From: Candidatus Fervidifonticultor secundus
Lineage (GTDB): Bacteria > Sysuimicrobiota > Sysuimicrobiia > Sysuimicrobiales > Humicultoraceae
NCBI GenBank assembly: GCA_031459385.1
Contig: JAVKIP010000005.1
Span: forward strand, 32,001-96,000
Direction of reading: 5' to 3'
Length of the DNA: 64,000 nucleotides
Position 1 is the stretch's first letter, and each line of letters begins with the position of its first letter. Below, piece after piece: positions 58,832-64,000 of this stretch. The notes beneath the pieces are model-generated. The model was given only the letters and a program-made list of their open reading frames with translations. It had not been told where the DNA came from and did not search any database. Both the position numbers and the translations under genes were made by a program.

Positions 58832-60463
58832 CTACCTGCGCTCGAGCCACACGTCGAGCAGCTTGTAGTACGCCTGTCCGTAGACGCCATGCGGCCGGAA
58901 CCCCCTCACCTCCACCCGCGTGGGGACCAGCAGCACGCGATGCCACAGGGGTACCCAGAGGTGGTTCTCGGCCACCACCTTCTGGAGGTCGTGCACCGCC
59001 CGCACGCGCTGCTCGTCGGTCCGCGCGCGGCGCGCGACGAGCAGCAAGCCATCGGTCCGGCGGTCGTCCCACATGACGCGGTTGGGCGACGGGATGTTAC
59101 CCGACCAGAAGTAGAGGTTGAGCATTTCCAGGATGCTGGCGTACGGGTAGTCCAGCGACCAGACGTCATAGTCCTGATTGCGCAGACCCGGAAAGTAGGC
59201 CGAGAGTGTGACTAACCGGATCTGCATGTCGATCCCGACGGCCTTCAGATGCGCCTGCAGCAGCGTGGCCAGCTCCTCTTGGCTCGCGGAGATCCCGAAG
59301 AACTGCAGCTGCAGACGCTGCCCGTCCCTGGTGCGGATACCGTCCGGCCCGGGCCGCCACCCGGCTTCCTCCAGCAGCGCCCGCGCCTGGCCGGGGTCGT
59401 ACCGTGGGAACACCTGTTCCTGCCCCGCCCAGTAGTCGAGGGTCGAGGGCTGCACGATGCCGTGTGCCACGGCCCCCTGACCCCGCTGTACGTCCTTCAC
59501 GAGCTCTGCCTTGTTGATCGCCGCGCTGATGGCCTTGCGCACCCTGACGTCGCCGAGGTTGGGGCGCGTGATCTTGAAGCTCAGGTACTGGATGTGCTGG
59601 TAGGGCTTGGCTTCGAGGATCTGCACGTCCCTGTTGCGCCGCAGCACGTCAATGTCGGGCGGGCGCACCCCGAAGCCACTGTGCACGTTGCCGCGTTCCA
59701 GCTCGAAAATGAGCGTCTGCGTCTCCGGAATCGTCCGGTAGACCACCTCGTCGACGTGGGCCGGCCCACGGTTGCGATAGTACTGCGGGCCCCACCGGTA
59801 CGCGTCGTTACGCCTGAGAACCGTACGGTCGTTGGGCACCCACTCGACGAACACGAAGGGCCCTGTCCCGCCGGCGCCGGCGCTCCCGTAGCGGTCGCCG
59901 AAGCGCTCGACGGCCTCGCGGTCGATGATGCCCAGGAACGGGATCGTGAGCTGCAACAGGAGGTCCGTCTGTGGCTCCCGGAGCCGCAGCACGACCGTCG
60001 TCTCGCTGGGCGTCTCGATGCGTTCCACGGCGCCGAGCCGGAAGCGGTGCGGCGAGGCGGTGCGCGGCTCGAGGAGTCGCTCGAACGTGTACTTCACGTC
60101 GGCAGAGGTGAACCGCCGGCCTGAGTGGAACCGGACATCGTTGCGTAACTCGAAAGTGTACGTCAGGCCGTCCCGCGACACGTCCCAGGACCGGGCCAGG
60201 CCCGGGGTGATGGTCTTCAGGTCATAGTCGAGGTGCAGCAGGGTGTCGTAGATGAGGCTGATGACGTACGCCGCGTTGATGGCCGTGACGCGGTGGGGAT
60301 CGTAGCCGTCCGGGTCGAGCGGTTTGCCGACGACCAGCCGGCCGCCGCGGACCGGGGCCCCCAGGGCCGGGGCGAGCGCGGGGGCTGAGAGCATGACCGC
60401 CGCCACGACCACCAGGACGGCGAGCAGGGACAGCCGGGCGTGACCGACTCGGGACGCTCGCAT
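58832..60463 (-). CDS. dppA: Peptide/nickel ABC substrate-binding protein (DppA-like)
   Basis: Signal peptide, PGLARSW, TFELRNDVRFHSG, GTGPF, YDPGQARALLEEAGW. Confidence 0.92.
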   Translation of the reverse strand: MRASRVGHARLSLLAVLVVVAAVMLSAPALAPALGAPVRGGRLVVGKPLDPDGYDPHRVTAINAAYVISLIYDTLLHLDYDLKTITPGLARSWDVSRDGLTYTFELRNDVRFHSGRRFTSADVKYTFERLLEPRTASPHRFRLGAVERIETPSETTVVLRLREPQTDLLLQLTIPFLGIIDREAVERFGDRYGSAGAGGTGPFVFVEWVPNDRTVLRRNDAYRWGPQYYRNRGPAHVDEVVYRTIPETQTLIFELERGNVHSGFGVRPPDIDVLRRNRDVQILEAKPYQHIQYLSFKITRPNLGDVRVRKAISAAINKAELVKDVQRGQGAVAHGIVQPSTLDYWAGQEQVFPRYDPGQARALLEEAGWRPGPDGIRTRDGQRLQLQFFGISASQEELATLLQAHLKAVGIDMQIRLVTLSAYFPGLRNQDYDVWSLDYPYASILEMLNLYFWSGNIPSPNRVMWDDRRTDGLLLVARRARTDEQRVRAVHDLQKVVAENHLWVPLWHRVLLVPTRVEVRGFRPHGVYGQAYYKLLDVWLERR

Positions 60464-60675
60464 GCAGCAGCCTCCTTCAACGCGGCAGCATGGCGTTCAG
60501 CGGTACCCGCCGCACGTACGATCGGATCATCTGCCGGAACGGTGGGGGGCGTTGGCCCACCGCTCCAGTGCCGCAACCCGTGCACCGGATGTTCGCCCAC
60601 AGGATGGGAAAGCCCTCCGCCGTGCGCGACGCGGGGAGCGTACCTCGTCCGAACCGTATCGCAGGAGGCGACGAC

Positions 60676-61203
60676 ATGGACGCGTATCTGGCAGTGATCG
60701 GGAAGCGGGAAGTCCGACGCTACGAGGACCGGCCCGTGCCGGAGGACGTCATGACCAGGATCCTCCAGGCAGGCCGCGCCACCGGGAGCAGCCGGAACCG
60801 GCAGCCCTGGCGGTTCATCGTCGTGACGGACCGGAGTCGCCTGCGAGACCTGAGCGGTCTGGTGTCCCGCCCGTCCAACCTGCAGGGGTGCCCGGTGGCC
60901 ATCGCTGTAGCCATGCTGGACCCTCGCGGCGCCTTCGACGCCGGCCGGGCCGCCCAGAGCATGATGGTCGCCGCGTGGGCGCTGGGGGTCGGGACGTGTC
61001 CCAACACTCCCACGGACGAAGCGGCGGTCAAGCGCCTGCTGGGGCTGCCCGACGAGGCGATCGTACCGACGATCCTGTCGCTGGGCTACCCGGCAGCCGG
61101 GGAGCCACGACCCCGGCCGGGCGCGGACCCTGCGCGTGTCCTGGCCCGCGTTCGCCGGTTACCGCTGGCCGAGATCGTAGGCCGGGAAGTGTACCGCCCG
61201 TAG
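60676..61203 (+). CDS. Nitroreductase family protein
   Basis: REVRRY, ILQAGR, SSRNRQPWRFIVV, AWALGVGTC, LSLGYP; AGGAGG upstream. Confidence 0.9.
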   Translation: MDAYLAVIGKREVRRYEDRPVPEDVMTRILQAGRATGSSRNRQPWRFIVVTDRSRLRDLSGLVSRPSNLQGCPVAIAVAMLDPRGAFDAGRAAQSMMVAAWALGVGTCPNTPTDEAAVKRLLGLPDEAIVPTILSLGYPAAGEPRPRPGADPARVLARVRRLPLAEIVGREVYRP

Positions 61204-61238
61204 GGCCGGCGGCGTCACACCTTGTCGAGGGTATATTG

Positions 61239-61283
61239 CTGACCCGCGATGGCGTGATGCAGGCGCCGAACGGCCCCGACGAA
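61239..61283 (+). pseudogene. Possible remnant of a RibD_C/DHFR-like gene N-terminus
   Basis: LTRDGVMQAPNGPDE resembles the LTLDGVMQAPGGPDED pattern of that family; no continuation downstream. Confidence 0.45.
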
Positions 61284-61367
61284 AACGCGACGAGAGCACT
61301 CCGCACGGGAGAACCGCCCCGCTGGTGTCGAAATCTCCCTGGCATGAATTCCAGAGAGCGAACCGCG

Positions 61368-62582
61368 ATGCCTTACGGCTGGGGACGCGTGCCGTACGCG
61401 CTGCAGGACCGCCTCCCCTGGATGGACCTGCCGTTCCCGATCGAGGAGTACCACGCGCGCCTGGACCGTCTCCGCGCCCGCATGCGCGCCGAGGGCGTGG
61501 ACTGCCTGGTCGTGCTGGGCAACCGGGGCGAGAGCGCGAACGTCCGGTACCTCTCCAACTTCGAGGACTTCTATGGTGGCGAGACCGTCGTCGTCGTCCC
61601 CGCCTCGGGCCCGCCCGGCTTCGCGACCAACGCGGTGATGCACGGGGAACCGATGCATTCCGGCATCCAGCACTGCTGGATCGAGGACGTGCGGTGCGCC
61701 GCTGCACCGCGCACCGTCACCGGCAGCGCCCGGGCGGCGACGCTGACCGACCACCTGGAGGACCTCGTGCGCGAGCGCGTGGGCGAGGCCGCCCGCATCG
61801 GTGTGGAGGGCGAGCTCGACGTCGCTCCCCTCGCTGCTGCCCTGCAGCGCGCGTTCCCGCGGGCGCACGTGACGGTCGGTGTGCGTCTGGTGCACGCGCA
61901 GCGGACGATCAAGAGTCCGCGCGAGGTGGAGGCACTGCGCCGCGCGGCGCAGGCGGCGGATGCGGCGATGCAGGCGGCGATGATGGCGGTGGGCCCCGGC
62001 GTCACGGAGCACGACCTCGCGGCCGAAGCCAACTACGCGATGTTCAAGGCCGGCGCCGAGCACCCGGCCTTCGCCATCGCGGTCGCGGCAGGCCCGCGCT
62101 CAGGCTTCAAGCACCTGCCGCCCACCGCGTACCGAATGCGGGAGGGAGACTTCGTCTTCATTGACGTGGGGGCGCGTGTGCAGGGCTATTGCAGCGACGG
62201 TTCGCGCCAGCGGGTCTGCGGTGAGCCCGACGCCGAGCAGCGGCGGTTCATGGAGACGCAGATCCGCATCGTGGAGGAGGTCATGGCGGCCGCGCGCCCG
62301 GGCGCGGTCATTGGCGATCTCGCGCGCATCGGGACCGCGATCGCCCAGGCGGCCGGGTACGGAGCGTACTTCTACTTTCGTGGCCACGGCATCGGCGTGA
62401 GCGTCCAGGACCTGCCTGCGTTCGCGCCGGGCAATCCTGCTGTGCTAGAGGAGAACATGGTCTTTGCCTTCGAACCCATGCTGGTGCGCTCTGGATTCGG
62501 GACGGCGTGCTGGGAGGACATCTGGCGCGTGACGGCGGACGGCGTCGAACGCCTGAACACGTGCCCGGTGCGCTGGTGGTAG
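61368..62582 (+). CDS. M24 family Xaa-Pro peptidase/creatinase-like hydrolase
   Basis: Creatinase_N (EYHARLDRLR, NVRYLS), IKSPREV, metal ligands IDVG, SDGSR, GHGIG, FEP, WED. Confidence 0.88.
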   Translation: MPYGWGRVPYALQDRLPWMDLPFPIEEYHARLDRLRARMRAEGVDCLVVLGNRGESANVRYLSNFEDFYGGETVVVVPASGPPGFATNAVMHGEPMHSGIQHCWIEDVRCAAAPRTVTGSARAATLTDHLEDLVRERVGEAARIGVEGELDVAPLAAALQRAFPRAHVTVGVRLVHAQRTIKSPREVEALRRAAQAADAAMQAAMMAVGPGVTEHDLAAEANYAMFKAGAEHPAFAIAVAAGPRSGFKHLPPTAYRMREGDFVFIDVGARVQGYCSDGSRQRVCGEPDAEQRRFMETQIRIVEEVMAAARPGAVIGDLARIGTAIAQAAGYGAYFYFRGHGIGVSVQDLPAFAPGNPAVLEENMVFAFEPMLVRSGFGTACWEDIWRVTADGVERLNTCPVRWW

Positions 62583-62638
62583 GCGGCCGCGGGAGGTACC
62601 GGGATGCCCTGTCATCCGGCCGTCGTCCGGCCCCTCCC

Positions 62639-62962
62639 TCAGGTCCAGTCCACGAGACGGTAGTGCTCGCGCACCCAGCGGTCGAGCTGAGCGCCCTGGC
62701 GCATCCGGATGCGGTGAAACACCGGGTCGCCTTCCTGCAACGCCCGGATCCGCTCCCGCTCGACCAGGTCCGGGTACGTGCACTCCCAGACGACGTCCGG
62801 AGCGTCCGCCACCGAGAGCGCCGGGTCATCGCGCACCGGCGTCCAGATGGAGCCGGCTGGCACACCGAGTGCCGCCAGCCGCCGCGACGCCTCCACGCGT
62901 GTCTCGATCACCCGCTCCCGGAGGCCGGGCTTCGCAAAGTACCGCTGATGGACGAGGATCAT
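62639..62962 (-). CDS. Small NIPSNAP/ABM-like dimeric alpha-beta barrel hypothetical protein
   Basis: MILVHQRYFAKPG, DVVWECTYPD, REHYR pattern; 107 aa. Confidence 0.55.
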   Translation of the reverse strand: MILVHQRYFAKPGLRERVIETRVEASRRLAALGVPAGSIWTPVRDDPALSVADAPDVVWECTYPDLVERERIRALQEGDPVFHRIRMRQGAQLDRWVREHYRLVDWT

Positions 62963-63182
62963 GGCGTCTGGTTCGGTGCTCCGCGATCTGTTCCCTGCGT
63001 GGAGTGACCGGCAGGCCGATCGGCGCCGCGCGTGACAGATCAGCGCGACACGCTGCATGACAGAACAGAGGAGGCCTCCCCGCAAGTCCCGAACTTCTTG
63101 CAGCACATCACGGCCCCGTATCTGGAACGCCGTTGCAGCAGGGTGTGTCGGATTCGGTCACGGTCGAAAGGGGAGTACCGCT

Positions 63183-63905
63183 GTGGCGATCTGGGACGAC
63201 GTGGTGCCGCCTGAGGAACGGGCGCTTTACGAAGGCGGCGGATGGGGCGGGATCATGGGTTTCGGGCGCCGGCCCGCGCTCCTGGTCGTGGACATGTACA
63301 CGGCCTTCGTGGACCCGGCGTTCCCGTTCTCGAGCCCGGACGCGCCCGCCGCCGTGGCGGCGATCCGCCAGGTGCTGCATCAGGCGCGGGCGTCAGGCGT
63401 GCCGGTCATCTTCTCAAAGGCCGATCGACCGCGCAACGTCGCGGAGCGCGGTCGCTGGAAAGGCACGACCCGCCTGCATCCCACCATGTCACGGCCCGAG
63501 GCGTACGAGATCGTGGCGGACCTGGCGCCGCTGCCGGGGGAAACGGTACTGATCAAGGCGGCCGCGAGCGCCTTCCACGGCACCAATCTGGCGAGCCTGC
63601 TCGTCGTCTATGGGGTCGACACGGTGATCGTGACCGGCACCGTGACCAGCGGCTGCGTACGTGCCACCGTAGTGGATGCGTCAGCGTACGGGTTCATCCC
63701 GGTCGTTCCGATAGAGTGCGTCTACGATCGGGGACGGACGAGTCACAAGGTCGCGCTCTGGGACATCCACACCCGGTACGGGGACGTGCTGCCGACCGCG
63801 GACGTGCTCGCCTATCTCAGGACGGTCCGGGACGGCACGGCGCCCGTACCCGTCGACCACGGCAGGCATCCGATCGGCGCCTCGCAACTCCCGGGAGCGC
63901 GGTAG
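63183..63905 (+). CDS. Isochorismatase-family cysteine hydrolase (N-carbamoylsarcosine amidase / NicF-like)
   Basis: MGFGRRPALLVVD, IKAAASAFHGT, TVTSGCVRATVVD catalytic D-K-C triad; AAGGGGAG upstream of GTG. Confidence 0.9.
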   Translation: MAIWDDVVPPEERALYEGGGWGGIMGFGRRPALLVVDMYTAFVDPAFPFSSPDAPAAVAAIRQVLHQARASGVPVIFSKADRPRNVAERGRWKGTTRLHPTMSRPEAYEIVADLAPLPGETVLIKAAASAFHGTNLASLLVVYGVDTVIVTGTVTSGCVRATVVDASAYGFIPVVPIECVYDRGRTSHKVALWDIHTRYGDVLPTADVLAYLRTVRDGTAPVPVDHGRHPIGASQLPGAR

Positions 63906-64000
63906 GCTCGCGGCCGCTGCCGCCACGGTACAGGGTTGCGCGTGCATCTCGGTCTCCGAACCCAGCGGGTTCCGCCGGACGAGCCGTTCCGCAGGGCCGT

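Noticed and set aside
60462..62582. 706-aa extended peptidase
   Set aside because: Upstream part overlaps the nitroreductase in another frame; the M24 domain begins at 61368.
63123..63137. Sigma54 promoter TGGAACGCCGTTGCA
   Set aside because: GG-to-GC spacing is 9 nt rather than the required 10.

Overview
High-GC (roughly 70% by eye), gene-dense bacterial window with no rRNA, tRNA, CRISPR array or recognisable mobile element. It is almost entirely accessory catabolism and transport. (1) 1-19 kb: a tripartite tricarboxylate transporter (tctCAB), three bicupins, an orphan EutA-like ASKHA ATPase with no eutBC in the window, a His-rich UreH/NiCoT-like metal permease, a class II aldolase, a ThDP enzyme and two ABC systems. 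(2) 19-28 kb: a Rieske ring-hydroxylating oxygenase alpha/beta pair with a small internally duplicated accessory ORF, a Zn dehydrogenase and an MFS, plus a second Fe3+-family ABC system. (3) 28-37 kb: a GntR-regulated pair of class III CoA-transferases with a UbiD closely resembling phthaloyl-CoA decarboxylase, then ubiX, a second UbiD and an amidohydrolase-type decarboxylase. (4) 37-40 kb: envelope and copper genes (Spy/ZraP-like, di-cupredoxin, M48 peptidase). (5) 40-46.6 kb: a glycosyltransferase-free five-gene operon of two paralogous adenylate-forming ligases flanking a Wzx flippase, a CDP-alcohol phosphotransferase and a cytidylyltransferase. (6) 46.6-49.7 kb: two internally deleted pseudogenes around a cysteine-dioxygenase-like gene, then a 28-bp tandem repeat. 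(7) 49.7-64 kb: a TAXI-TRAP/decarboxylase operon, a Dpp-type ABC system with an AtzA-like amidohydrolase, a nitroreductase, an M24 peptidase and an isochorismatase-family hydrolase. Best candidates for undescribed systems are the EutA/bicupin/Ni-permease module, the variant phthaloyl-CoA-decarboxylase cluster and the ligase-flippase-CDP operon. All family calls are from motif recognition by eye with no database searches. Many starts were moved downstream of the ORF-track starts using Shine-Dalgarno and operon context.
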